A stretch of DNA of 64,000 nt, from assembly GCA_031254195.1 (NCBI GenBank), contig JAIRUW010000060.1:1778-65777 (forward strand). Reading direction: 5' to 3'. The DNA is from Oscillospiraceae bacterium (GTDB lineage: Bacteria; Bacillota; Clostridia; Oscillospirales; UBA929). A program made the translations under genes and the position numbers. Under the pieces are notes generated by a model. It was not told the origin of the DNA. It ran no database searches and saw only the letters and a list, made by a program, of their open reading frames with translations. This document shows, one piece after another, positions 1 to 9,022 of this stretch. The stretch's first letter is position 1. Each line of letters opens with the position of its first letter.

Positions 1-427
1 CCAGGCAGTCGCCGTGCGCGTCCCGGTCATGGACGATGACCGGCAGGTTATACCGTTCCGCCAGACATAGATGCGCGTCAAACATCTCCCGCTGCGCCGC
101 GCGGTCGGGCGGCGGGTAGCCTTTCGCATTAAAATAATCCAGCCCACACTCCCCTACGGCGGCGATTTTATGCCGCTCCGAGGCGCGTAAATATCCTTCC
201 AGAACAGATAGCTCGTCTTTCGTGGCGGGGTAATGCGGGTGGATGCCGGCGGCGGCGTCTATAAATTCATACCGCGCCGCGATCGCTAAAACCGCCGGCT
301 GCTCTTTCACGGACGTTCCGGGCATCAGCACACGGCCAACGCCCGCGCCGGGCAGCGACGCGAGCAAAGCCTCACGGTCGCCGTCATAGCGCGGGTCGTT
401 ATAATGGGCGTGCGTATCGAATATCAT
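1..427 (-). CDS. TatD-family metal-dependent hydrolase, 5' part only (gene runs off window start)
   Basis: Not in ORF track (no stop in window). Own minus-strand translation from ATG 425-427 gives MIFDTHAHYNDPRYDG..., with the DTHAH metal motif. ATGA overlap with the ricT stop. Confidence 0.7.
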   Translation of the reverse strand, partial: MIFDTHAHYNDPRYDGDREALLASLPGAGVGRVLMPGTSVKEQPAVLAIAARYEFIDAAAGIHPHYPATKDELSVLEGYLRASERHKIAAVGECGLDYFNAKGYPPPDRAAQREMFDAHLCLAERYNLPVIVHDRDAHGDCL

Positions 428-1269
428 GGATCGTCCGGCGCGTCGGCGCGGCTCCGCCCGGACTTGATGACCTTGACCTCGGTGCGGTGCAGGGTCTTCA
501 GCGGCGCGTCCGGCGCGCTGTCGAGCCGCACCTTGATGTTGCCGCGCAGCAGCGACACGTCGGTCACGGTGCCCCTGCCGTGCGGCGTTTGTACTACGCT
601 GTCAACGCGGGGCGTGATGCTGTGCAGGTGCTCATAAGCGCTCTGCTCGTATTTCAAGCAACACATCAGCCTCCCGCAGGTCCCCGAGATTTTGGTCGGG
701 TTGAGCGAGAGGTTCTGCTCTTTGGCCATCTTGATGGAAACAGGCTGAAACTCGTCGAGGAAGGACGAGCAGCAAAACTGTTTGCCACAGACCCCCAGCC
801 CGCCCAGCATACGCGCTTCGTCGCGTACGCCGATCTGCCGCAGCTCGATACGGGTGCGGAAGACCGACGCGAGGTCTTTGACCAGTTCGCGGAAGTCCAC
901 CCGCCCGTCGGCGGTGAAATAGAAGATGATCTTGTTTCCGTCAAATGTGTAATCCACCTCGACGACCTTCATGGCAAGGCCGTGGCTCTCCACCTTTTGG
1001 CGGCAGACCTCCATCGCCTGTTTTTCCTTTTGGGCAATCTGCTCCAGCGTCTTTTTGTCATAGTCGCCGGCAACGCGAATTACCTTGCGCAAAGGCGGCA
1101 CAATCCGCTCGTCCTCCACCTCGAAAGGCCCCGTCACGCAATAGCCGTATTCCGTGCCGAGCTGCGTCTCTACGATGACCTGCGTTCCCTTGGCCAACGG
1201 CAGGCCGCAGGGGTCAAAATAATACATCTTGCTCCCTTTTTTGAAGTGTATGCCTACAACGGTCGTCAA
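424..1269 (-). CDS. ricT: PSP1-domain protein YaaT/RicT
   Basis: 281 aa. Cys-rich PSP1 core (GVCGKQFCCSSFL, TCGRLMCCLKYE). Follows holB as in Bacillus. Confidence 0.85.
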   Translation of the reverse strand: MTTVVGIHFKKGSKMYYFDPCGLPLAKGTQVIVETQLGTEYGYCVTGPFEVEDERIVPPLRKVIRVAGDYDKKTLEQIAQKEKQAMEVCRQKVESHGLAMKVVEVDYTFDGNKIIFYFTADGRVDFRELVKDLASVFRTRIELRQIGVRDEARMLGGLGVCGKQFCCSSFLDEFQPVSIKMAKEQNLSLNPTKISGTCGRLMCCLKYEQSAYEHLHSITPRVDSVVQTPHGRGTVTDVSLLRGNIKVRLDSAPDAPLKTLHRTEVKVIKSGRSRADAPDDP

Positions 1270-1271
1270 TG

Positions 1272-2093
1272 TCAGTTCTCCTTTGTTTGGTTACTGTCTC
1301 CCCCGCCCGCGGCGGGAGAGACGGCCAACACCCCGCATAGGGAGCCGGGGGAGGCATTCAATTCCAGCGACGGAAGCAATCGGGATACGGTATCCAGCGT
1401 TTCGGTGTAGAGGGGTTTCAGCCCGTCTTGGAGACAGCGGCCGCGCAGGCAGGCCAAAACGGCTTCCAATACGCTTTGTAAACTGTCGCGGGAAAGCCTG
1501 TCCCAGGAAAAGGCCACAGCCGCCCTCCGCCACGGGTCGTCCAAAGCGTCCACAAAGGCTTCGGTGCGGTGTATGATGTCCTCTTGCGAATCCTCCCCTT
1601 GCGCACCGGGCAGCAACCGCCGGACGGCGCACCGGGAACGGACGGTCGGCAGCAGGGCCTCCGCGTTTTGAACAAGCAGTACAAAGCGGACATAGGGCGG
1701 CGGCTCCTCCAATATGCGCAGCAGCGCATTTTGGGCGCTGACGTTCATGTTGTGGGCATGGGCGATGATATAGACCTTGACCTCACCGTCAAAGGGCCGC
1801 AATAAGGAATCGCGCCGTATGGCGCGGATGTCGTCCACCTTAATCATGGCGTCCGCCCCGTTGTCAAGGGACGATACATCGACATGCAGCCCGGCCAGCA
1901 CCTTGCGCTCGTCCCACATCCAGCCGGACGCGAGCTTCAAGGCTTCTTGGCGCAATGCGGCAGGTTCGCTTCCCTCCAATATGACGGGGGACGGCGTCAA
2001 GCCTCCCGACGCCCGCCAGACGGGAGCGGAAAGCACATTTCCCCTCCCTGCCGGACTGTCCGGCTCTTCTTTAGAATTTCTTGAATTCGTCAA
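1272..2093 (-). CDS. holB: DNA polymerase III delta-prime subunit
   Basis: 273 aa. Clamp-loader motifs NALLRILEEPP and TVRSRC. No clear Walker A. Start uncertain (overlaps darA end). Confidence 0.75.
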   Translation of the reverse strand: MTNSRNSKEEPDSPAGRGNVLSAPVWRASGGLTPSPVILEGSEPAALRQEALKLASGWMWDERKVLAGLHVDVSSLDNGADAMIKVDDIRAIRRDSLLRPFDGEVKVYIIAHAHNMNVSAQNALLRILEEPPPYVRFVLLVQNAEALLPTVRSRCAVRRLLPGAQGEDSQEDIIHRTEAFVDALDDPWRRAAVAFSWDRLSRDSLQSVLEAVLACLRGRCLQDGLKPLYTETLDTVSRLLPSLELNASPGSLCGVLAVSPAAGGGDSNQTKEN

Positions 2094-2394
2094 CGTTCAT
2101 GACAAATGCGGTCGCGCCACCCACCGTGACTTCGACCGGCATGGAGGAGAACATGCCCATCCCCATTTCGCTGGTGGCGGGGATGACCTGGCGGCGGGAG
2201 TTGGAATATTTGCCGATAATCTCCATCGCGCCCTCCATCCTGTCGTCGTCAACGCCGATCAGGATGGTTACGTTGCCCACCTGTAAAAAGCCGCCGGTGG
2301 TGGCCAGCTTGGTGACATGGTAGCCCCCCTGCGTCAAGTGCTGGATGACGCTGTGCGCATCGTCGTGGTTGATAATTGCGAGTATCAATTTCAT
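2071..2394 (-). CDS. darA: PII-like cyclic-di-AMP receptor (YaaQ/DarA family)
   Basis: 107 aa. Close to my memory of B. subtilis YaaQ (VTKLATTGGFL, VGGATxFVxxVDEF). Confidence 0.8.
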   Translation of the reverse strand: MKLILAIINHDDAHSVIQHLTQGGYHVTKLATTGGFLQVGNVTILIGVDDDRMEGAMEIIGKYSNSRRQVIPATSEMGMGMFSSMPVEVTVGGATAFVMNVDEFKKF

Positions 2395-2423
2395 AGCGGA
2401 CTCTCCTTATGTTTGGAATAGCG

Positions 2424-3635
2424 CTAACGCACGACCCATACGGGCGATACTCTATTATAACACATCTCCCATAAGATTTCGAGATGTTTTTTGTCGATGC
2501 GCTCGCCCGGCGCGAAAACCGGCGTTCCCGGCGCGTATGGGGCGAACGCACAGGCCGCGACCCGCCCGGCGGCGGCGGCCAGTTCGACCTGCTCCCGCTC
2601 GGCGAAAAACGCCTCCCGAGGCGTTAAGACCGCAACCGAAGGGATATGCGGGATGCCGCACTCAGCGTCCCGCACTTTACGGGCCGGAATAGCCTCCAAC
2701 GCCGCCGCCAGCCGCGCGAAGTCCCCATCTGTATTGTGCGGCGAGAGCATGAAAACGATGTGACATGCGTCGGCCATCTCGCAGACGACGCCAAGCTCCC
2801 TCTCCAGCCGCGCCGCATCGCCAAACCCGTCGCCGGTACGGACGGTCAACTTGGCGGGGTCGGCGTTTGGAAGGATACGCCTGTCTTTCTTCTTCATTGC
2901 ATTTGAAAACGCAATAACCCGTTCCCAATCGCCGCCCCCGCCGCGCGCGACCGCGTCAAGCGAGGCCAGCAAGAGAAACGACGGCGACGCGGTGCCGAAC
3001 TCCGCCGTCTTCCCGCGCAACAGCTCCGAGCCGGCCGTCCCGTCGGACAGCAGCATCGCCGTTTGCCCCAACGCGCCGAGGGTTTTATGCGCCGACACCA
3101 CCCAAAGGTTCCCCGGCGGGGTATAACCGTCCGTGCAAAACGGCAGGTGCGCGCCATGCGCCGCGTCGCAAAGCACAAGTCCGTCCGTTTCAGGCCGTTG
3201 GAATATTGTCCCGTAGTAATCGGGAGAAGTATACACCACCGGCTCCGCCGCTTGAGGGGGTTCTCCATAAAACCAAACCGGACGCAGGTCCAGCAAGGCC
3301 AGCGCGTTGTATACGCTGCGGTGGCACGCCCGGGCGACATGGACCGTATCCCCCGGCCGCGTCACGGCGCTCAGCATCGCATAGATCCCCTGTGTCGCGC
3401 CGCCGGTCAGGTAAAAGCAGTCCTCCGCGCCATACAGCGCCGCCATGGCGCGTTCGGAGCGGCGGATCGCGCCGTCCCGCTCATGATACAAATCGCCCGT
3501 GCCGGACAACTCGGTCACATCCAGCGGCGCGACGGCGTCAAACGGGGGCGGCAAGCGCCCCTTGTGCCCCGGCATGTGAAAACGCGCCGTCTGTTTGCCC
3601 GTGTAGGCATACAGTTCCGACAGCAGATCGCTCAC
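2424..3635 (-). CDS. Orn/Lys/Arg decarboxylase-family PLP enzyme (YaaO-like)
   Basis: 403 aa. N-terminal HMPGHKGR motif. GTGA overlap with the alr stop. Confidence 0.75.
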   Translation of the reverse strand: MSDLLSELYAYTGKQTARFHMPGHKGRLPPPFDAVAPLDVTELSGTGDLYHERDGAIRRSERAMAALYGAEDCFYLTGGATQGIYAMLSAVTRPGDTVHVARACHRSVYNALALLDLRPVWFYGEPPQAAEPVVYTSPDYYGTIFQRPETDGLVLCDAAHGAHLPFCTDGYTPPGNLWVVSAHKTLGALGQTAMLLSDGTAGSELLRGKTAEFGTASPSFLLLASLDAVARGGGGDWERVIAFSNAMKKKDRRILPNADPAKLTVRTGDGFGDAARLERELGVVCEMADACHIVFMLSPHNTDGDFARLAAALEAIPARKVRDAECGIPHIPSVAVLTPREAFFAEREQVELAAAAGRVAACAFAPYAPGTPVFAPGERIDKKHLEILWEMCYNRVSPVWVVR

Positions 3636-4693
3636 TGAATCTTCCGCGGCAAACCCCCGGCGAAGAGCGGGTTGACCTCGACATGGGCCATCGTTCCCAC
3701 CGCCGCGCCCGACTTCGTGAGGTCCACCACCATATGGTTCTGCCCAATCAGCCCGAGGACGGTGACGTCTTCCCCCGTCTCCAGCCGGACATGGATGTTT
3801 CCGTAGCCGCGCCGTACCGGCGTCAGCCCAATCAGCCCCGTATATACAGGCTTATCCATCGCGACGCCGCCCGCGTACCCTACCGGAATCAGCCCCGCGC
3901 GGATCGAACGGCGCAATTTCAGCCGCCCCGCGACAGGGACCCCGGCCGGAATCCACCGCACATCGGTGACAGGGACGGTTATCGCGCCTACCCGTGACAG
4001 CCCCGTCTTACCGGGGATGCGCCCGGTCATGGCCGCGCCGACGCGCACCATGTCATATTGTTGCAGTGAGGGATATTTGAACAGCGCCGTTGATCCCAGC
4101 GCGTGGACATGACCCGTCTCATAGGATTTTTCCCGCAGCGCGGCCAAAACTCCTTCAAAGCCTTCGAGGCAAACCCGCGCTTTTTTGAGGGACAGGCCGC
4201 CCGGCAAGTGCGTATACACCCCCGACACGGCGATGTTTTGCATATAGGAGAAAATGTTGAATATCTGGTCCGTCTCGCGCGGCAGGAAGCCATACCGCCC
4301 CAGGCCGCAGTCGATCTTAACGTGCGCCTCGGCCACGGCGCTGCGTTTTTCCGCGATGCCGCTCAAGGCCAGCGCCGCCTCCTGCGAGCCGACGGTGGCG
4401 ATGACATTGTTGTCCAGCAGCGCGTTGATCTCGTCCGGCACCGCGGTAGAGCGCATCAGCAGGATTTCCTCCTGCGTAAACCCCTCGGCGCGGAGCAGCG
4501 CCGCGTCGGCAGGGTCGCCCACCCCGAAGCGGCGCACGCCGATCTCCCGCCAAAATTTCGCCATCGGCAGCAGGCCCAGCCCGTAGGCGTTGTTTTTCAG
4601 CACCGCCATGACATGCGCGCCGGAGAGACGGCGGCAGACCTCATGGTAATTTTTCTTGAGCAGGGCTTTGTCTATATGGAGTTCCTTTGTCAC
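3632..4693 (-). CDS. alr: alanine racemase
   Basis: AVLKNNAYGLG PLP-lysine region. Start moved from the track TTG at 4753 (which is the -35 box) to GTG 4693 behind an AGAGGGGG RBS. Confidence 0.8.
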   Translation of the reverse strand: MTKELHIDKALLKKNYHEVCRRLSGAHVMAVLKNNAYGLGLLPMAKFWREIGVRRFGVGDPADAALLRAEGFTQEEILLMRSTAVPDEINALLDNNVIATVGSQEAALALSGIAEKRSAVAEAHVKIDCGLGRYGFLPRETDQIFNIFSYMQNIAVSGVYTHLPGGLSLKKARVCLEGFEGVLAALREKSYETGHVHALGSTALFKYPSLQQYDMVRVGAAMTGRIPGKTGLSRVGAITVPVTDVRWIPAGVPVAGRLKLRRSIRAGLIPVGYAGGVAMDKPVYTGLIGLTPVRRGYGNIHVRLETGEDVTVLGLIGQNHMVVDLTKSGAAVGTMAHVEVNPLFAGGLPRKIQ

Positions 4694-4724
4694 GGGTTGA
4701 CCCCCTCTTGTTTGGGTTGTTCTT

Positions 4725-4753
4725 ATATTACCCTTTTTTTCGGGGATTTGCAA
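4725..4753 (-). promoter_or_regulatory. sigma-A type promoter for alr operon
   Basis: TTGCAA-17 nt-TAATAT on the minus strand, directly after the terminator of the upstream PIN gene. Confidence 0.5.
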
Positions 4754-4761
4754 GCGGGATT

Positions 4762-4790
4762 GAAAAAACCCGTCCTTGCGGGCGGGTTTG
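4762..4790 (-). terminator. intrinsic terminator after PIN gene
   Basis: Minus strand AACCCGCCC-GCAA-GGACGGGTT followed by TTTTT. Confidence 0.65.
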
Positions 4791-4793
4791 CTT

Positions 4794-5174
4794 TTAGGCT
4801 TTGATTAACCTCTTCAATTTATCGTCAAATGTAAGGATTATATAGTTTTGTTGTTTTGAGTATTCATAAAGCACGCAATCAACAAAGTCAAGGTTTTTAC
4901 TGCCAAAAGTCTTAACAGCATTGACTAGGGTATCAGAATCACACCCGGCGTCAACAAAAAATCTTTCAAGATGCTCAGAAACTTTGGCGTGTGGTAAATT
5001 ATAGTATTTTGACAGAACATAGACAACCTCCGCAACGACTTCCGGTAAGAGTAATACTTCCTCGTTTTGCAGCGCTGTTTCGACTATATCAGCCTGTTCG
5101 GGTATATCGTCTATAATGTAACGCAAAATTGCATTTGCGTCAAGAATGATAATTTGCCGCATACCTTTCCACAA
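4794..5174 (-). CDS. PIN-domain toxin (VapC-like)
   Basis: 126 aa. IILDANAILRY... start with acidic residues typical of PIN. Overlaps the upstream small gene. Start is TTG 5174 or ATG 5162. Confidence 0.7.
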   Translation of the reverse strand: MWKGMRQIIILDANAILRYIIDDIPEQADIVETALQNEEVLLLPEVVAEVVYVLSKYYNLPHAKVSEHLERFFVDAGCDSDTLVNAVKTFGSKNLDFVDCVLYEYSKQQNYIILTFDDKLKRLIKA

Positions 5175-5409
5175 CCGCCCTTTCCCATGCGCCTTTTTCG
5201 CCCGGTATCATTTCGGGGTTAGCGCACTCGTGAAAAATCCCCCGCGACTTTAACACTTTGCCCTTTACTTGTTCTTCTACAGCGTCAACCGGTGTTAGCA
5301 TTATCACACCGTTTTCCTCATGCACTCGTACCCTGTCGCTGCGGAATCGGCGGTGTAGCGGCTCGGGCAAGGTGCTGACGTTCAAAATCATATCGTCCAT
5401 CATGCTCAA
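5140..5409 (-). CDS. putative antitoxin partner of PIN toxin
   Basis: 89 aa small ORF immediately upstream of and overlapping the PIN gene. Family not recognised with certainty. Confidence 0.5.
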   Translation of the reverse strand: MSMMDDMILNVSTLPEPLHRRFRSDRVRVHEENGVIMLTPVDAVEEQVKGKVLKSRGIFHECANPEMIPGEKGAWERAVVERYAANYHS

Positions 5410-5562
5410 CTCCTTCTAGTCGTAGTATACCCTAAACAAGACGGTTTGGCAATATCCCTTGTCATTGACGCCGAGCAGACGCAGAAACCCCGCCGCCACC
5501 CAGCGTGTGACCGGCGTGACGGCGGAGGGTTTCATTCTATGTAAGGCTTTGCGGGCCTAAAA

Positions 5563-6084
5563 TCACCAAATCACCTTTTTCGTTTCCGTGTCAAATTCTA
5601 CACTTCTTCCTACACCAAAATCTATACGGATACTTTTTGGCTGCTGATCTGTTGTGAAAGTGAATGTGTGATCACCGGCAAATGTATATGTATACCCCTC
5701 ATCGGCTTCAATAGGCTTGTTGCCGACATATAAAATGGTAGAGGTGATTTTTGGAGGACTCGAAAGAATGAGACCAATATTTACCACTACTTTTACCTTT
5801 TCGCCATCCCGCGCCACTTTCTTAAGAAAGACGTCAACAGAGCCACTTGCAAAACCAGTGTTGACACCTACGTTCTTTACATACTCACGCACTTCTTTTG
5901 CCTTTTCGGGCGCGTCTTTATAGTCGCCGAGCGCCTCAAATGCCTTGGCGGCTTTGCTATATTCGCCTTCCGAGAACAGCGCTTCGGCTTCCTCATAAGG
6001 CTTTTGGTTGCTGTCGCACCCCGCGAACATGCCGGCCGCTAAAACGGCGGCGATGAGCAATGCTATGATATGTTTCGTTTTCAT
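5563..6084 (-). CDS. lipoprotein, unknown function (paralog 1)
   Basis: 173 aa. Signal peptide plus lipobox MFAGC. C-terminus (DQQPKSIRIxF..FDTETKKVI) shared with the next gene. Confidence 0.7.
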   Translation of the reverse strand: MKTKHIIALLIAAVLAAGMFAGCDSNQKPYEEAEALFSEGEYSKAAKAFEALGDYKDAPEKAKEVREYVKNVGVNTGFASGSVDVFLKKVARDGEKVKVVVNIGLILSSPPKITSTILYVGNKPIEADEGYTYTFAGDHTFTFTTDQQPKSIRIDFGVGRSVEFDTETKKVIW

Positions 6085-6140
6085 TTCCAGCTTCCTTTCT
6101 ATTTGCTATCTTGTAGGTGTTGCTAAATATATGATCCCTT

Positions 6141-6169
6141 GTAGGGGCGGCCTTTGGCCGTCCGTCGTA
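6141..6169. repeat. REP-like hairpin repeat GTAGGGGCGGCCTTTGGCCGTCC (copy 1)
   Basis: 8-bp stem GGGCGGCC/GGCCGTCC (one G-T) with a TTT loop. Same motif at 6740, 23403, 28577 and 36041. Confidence 0.8.
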
Positions 6170-6230
6170 TCGATTGTAATTCCACCTACCACGAACCGCC
6201 AAAGGCTCCCCGGAAGAAGGCTTTTCGGGT

Positions 6231-6683
6231 CTATTCAATCACCTTTTTCGTTTCCGTGTCAAATATTACGATGCTTCCTCCGGCAAAATTTATTCGGATA
6301 CTTTTAGGCTGCTGATCTGTTATAAAAGTGAATTTGTGATCACCGCCAAGTGTAATTGTATACTCATCATCTTTTCCAATAAACCAGGCTTCATCACTTT
6401 GGTAAATACTCGCCCACTCTTCGGCATTGGTAATAGGCTTGTCGCCGACATATAAAATGACAGCGTCAAGATCTGGATAATTTGAAAGACCCATATTAAC
6501 CCATGCCGTTACCTTTTCACTGTCCCGCTCTATTTCCGTAAAAGAAACGTCAACATTGCCACTTATGTCAGTATTTCGGAATCTGACATTTACGGTCTTT
6601 ACATTGTTGCTGTCGCACCCCGCGAACATTCCAACCGCTAAAACGGCGGCGATAAGCAATGCGATGATATTTCTAGTTTTCAT
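6231..6683 (-). CDS. lipoprotein, unknown function (paralog 2)
   Basis: Track ORF 6231-7097 trimmed to the internal MKTRNIIALLIAAVLAVGMFAGC start (aa 139). The leader DNA is near-identical to that of paralog 1. Confidence 0.7.
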   Translation of the reverse strand: MKTRNIIALLIAAVLAVGMFAGCDSNNVKTVNVRFRNTDISGNVDVSFTEIERDSEKVTAWVNMGLSNYPDLDAVILYVGDKPITNAEEWASIYQSDEAWFIGKDDEYTITLGGDHKFTFITDQQPKSIRINFAGGSIVIFDTETKKVIE

Positions 6684-6739
6684 TTCCAGCTTCCTTTCTA
6701 TTTGCAATCTTGTAGGTGTTGCTAAATGTATGATCCCTT

Positions 6740-6768
6740 GTAGGGGCGGCCTTTGGCCGTCCGTCGTA
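6740..6768. repeat. REP-like hairpin repeat (copy 2)
   Basis: Identical core GTAGGGGCGGCCTTTGGCCGTCCGTCGTA. Confidence 0.8.
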
Positions 6769-6947
6769 ACGACTGTAATTCCAAGCTCCCTCCCCTCTAA
6801 AAGCCGGCCCGGAAGCCGGCTTGCCCGAGGAAAATCGCGCAAAACAAAAGCACACGCCGAAAGCGTGGCGGCCTTGCCGCCGTTCACCTTACGACATGTG
6901 CGAATACTCGCAGCTATTGCCGAACCGTACGAACCATATACACCCGC

Positions 6948-6977
6948 TTGAAAAAGTGCGCTGTTATAGTGTATAAT
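6948..6977 (+). promoter_or_regulatory. candidate strong promoter (TTGAAA-18-TGTATAAT)
   Basis: Extended -10. The next plus-strand CDS starts about 275 nt downstream. Confidence 0.4.
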
Positions 6978-7191
6978 GGGTTTGTCCTCGTGGCGCCGGT
7001 TTCGGTTGTGTAAGGTGGAGCTATCACCTTCACAGGGCTTTGGTGTGGGGACACCAAAGTCTGCCGCGGGGGCCTCTTTATGCGCAAAACGGCGCAAGCC
7101 GACTCCCGAATGTAGGATATGGCACGATTATACATCCTTTCCCCGAAATTGTCAAGCGTTTATGTGCAACCAGCAACAACAAGGCTTGGCA

Positions 7192-7220
7192 TTGCAAAAA
7201 AGAGCAGAACATGGTATACT
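7192..7220 (+). promoter_or_regulatory. candidate promoter of NYN gene (TTGCAA-17-TATACT)
   Basis: Consensus-like hexamers about 35 nt upstream of the ATG at 7254. Confidence 0.45.
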
Positions 7221-7253
7221 GGCACAAAGCCCCAACAGAAAGAAGGCTGTGCC

Positions 7254-8087
7254 ATGCAAGACCAAGACCTGCGGCTGGCGGTGCTGATTGACGCCGACAA
7301 CGTGCCGCGGCGGTGTATCAAGCCGGTGATGGAGGAAATAGCCGTCTACGGCAACCCCACGCTCAAGCGCATCTATGGCGACTGGACGACGCCCAACCTC
7401 GCCAAATGGAAGGACGACCTGCTGGAAAACGCGCTGACGCCCATCCAGCAATACAGCTATACCTATGGCAAAAACGCCACCGACTCGGCTATGATCATCG
7501 ACGCGATGGACATCCTGTACTCCGGCAATGTGGACGGTTTCTGCATCGTCTCCAGCGACAGCGACTTTACCCGCCTTGCCATACGCCTGCGCGAGGCGGG
7601 CAAGAAGGTCATCGGGCTGGGCGAGCGCAAAACGCCGAGCCCCTTCATCGTGGCCTGCGACCGCTTCATCTATATCGAGGTGCTGGGCAAACAGGCCGCG
7701 CCGCAGCCCGCCCCGGCCGTCAAGCCGCCGAAAAAGACAGCCAAAGCCGCGCCTCCCGCCGTCCCCACCCCGGCGGCGGACGTCCCGCAGCGGCCGGCCG
7801 GAAACCAGCAGCCGCAGCAGGAACCGGCGGCAAAACCGAAAGCGCCGATCCCGCAGGACATCATCGAATATATCTCCCTGACCATCGAGGACGTCGGCGA
7901 CGACGAGGGCTGGGCTTACCTCGGCGAAGTCGGCTCCCTTTTGCAAAAGAAGCGCCCCGACTTCGACTCGCGCAACTATGGGTATAAAAAACTCTCCAGT
8001 ATGCTGGAGAGCTGCGGGTATTTTGAGGTCGATTTCCGGGGGAATGCCAGCAACGGCAAACTAATTTATGTGAGAGTTAAGCGCTGA
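7254..8087 (+). CDS. NYN (LabA-like) domain protein with C-terminal OST-HTH/LOTUS domain
   Basis: Start trimmed to MQDQDLRLAVLIDADN behind an AGAAAGAAGG RBS. NYN core VSSDSDF, a Pro-rich linker, and a LOTUS-like tail. Confidence 0.7.
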   Translation: MQDQDLRLAVLIDADNVPRRCIKPVMEEIAVYGNPTLKRIYGDWTTPNLAKWKDDLLENALTPIQQYSYTYGKNATDSAMIIDAMDILYSGNVDGFCIVSSDSDFTRLAIRLREAGKKVIGLGERKTPSPFIVACDRFIYIEVLGKQAAPQPAPAVKPPKKTAKAAPPAVPTPAADVPQRPAGNQQPQQEPAAKPKAPIPQDIIEYISLTIEDVGDDEGWAYLGEVGSLLQKKRPDFDSRNYGYKKLSSMLESCGYFEVDFRGNASNGKLIYVRVKR

Positions 8088-8980
8088 TGCCGGGCAAACG
8101 CGAAGAGCCAAGGGAAAAACGCCGCCGTTCCAAAGGCTGTTTGGTCACGCTGATTCTTCTGGCGGCTGTTTTGTTTTGGCTGCCGACCGAGCTTTACCTT
8201 TCCAATAACGCGCCGCGCACCGAGCATATCACGGTGCGGTCTTCGCGTCTGCCCGCCGCTTTTGACGGCTTCCGCATCCTCCACCTCTCCGACCTGCACG
8301 AAAAGGGTTTCGGCAATGGCAATGAGACCCTTCTCCGCATGGCGCGGGACGCCAAGCCCGACGTCATCGCCGTCACCGGCGACCTGATCGATTCGGCGGA
8401 AGCGCTGTATTACGCGGAGACACTGCTGCCGGCATTGACGTCCATCGCGCCCGTATACTATGTCACCGGCAACCACGAATGGGCCGCAGACGGAAAGACC
8501 GCGCACGCCGGGCGGAACAGGCTGATCACACGCCTCGAAACGGTGGTCTGGGACAGCGGCGCGGTTTGGCTGGATTCAGGATACGATACGCTGGAGCGCG
8601 GCGGGGAACGCATCCTGCTCGCCGGGCTGTGCGACCCCAACGGCCCCAGGTCGGAGCCGAACGTACACGAGCTTCGGCAAAGGATAGACGCCGAACACGG
8701 AGACAGCCCGTTCACCGTCCTGCTCAGCCACCGCCATGACCTCGACTATACCGGCGCCGGATTTGACGTCGTTTTAACCGGCCACGCCCACGGCGGCGTG
8801 GTGCGCTTGCCGTTCACCGACGGGCTGATAGGGCCGGACCGGGAGTGGTTCCCGCGCGGGACGTCCGGTGTGCTCTCACAGGGGGGGGTGTCGGTGGTGG
8901 TCAATCGCGGGCTGGGGGATACGTATTTCCCGAGGTTTCTAAACCGCCCGCAAGTGCTGGTTGTGACGCTGTCGGCTTAG
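8087..8980 (+). CDS. membrane-anchored metallophosphoesterase (YkuE/YaeI-like)
   Basis: 297 aa. N-terminal TM segment. Motifs LSDLH, GDL, GNHE and GHAHGG. TGATG overlap with the NYN gene. Confidence 0.75.
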   Translation: MPGKREEPREKRRRSKGCLVTLILLAAVLFWLPTELYLSNNAPRTEHITVRSSRLPAAFDGFRILHLSDLHEKGFGNGNETLLRMARDAKPDVIAVTGDLIDSAEALYYAETLLPALTSIAPVYYVTGNHEWAADGKTAHAGRNRLITRLETVVWDSGAVWLDSGYDTLERGGERILLAGLCDPNGPRSEPNVHELRQRIDAEHGDSPFTVLLSHRHDLDYTGAGFDVVLTGHAHGGVVRLPFTDGLIGPDREWFPRGTSGVLSQGGVSVVVNRGLGDTYFPRFLNRPQVLVVTLSA

Positions 8981-9022
8981 TGTGAAATAGATATGTTTAT
9001 CGTAGGGACAGGAGAGTATCAT

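Noticed and set aside
5486-5532. GC-rich imperfect hairpin downstream of lipoprotein 1, considered as a terminator
   Set aside because: The stem is imperfect and the U-tract is on the wrong side for the minus-strand gene. It is left unannotated.
6684-7097. N-terminal 138 codons of track ORF 6231-7097
   Set aside because: The extension translates the REP-like repeat and intergenic DNA. An internal Met gives a perfect lipoprotein signal peptide that is paralogous to the neighbouring gene.
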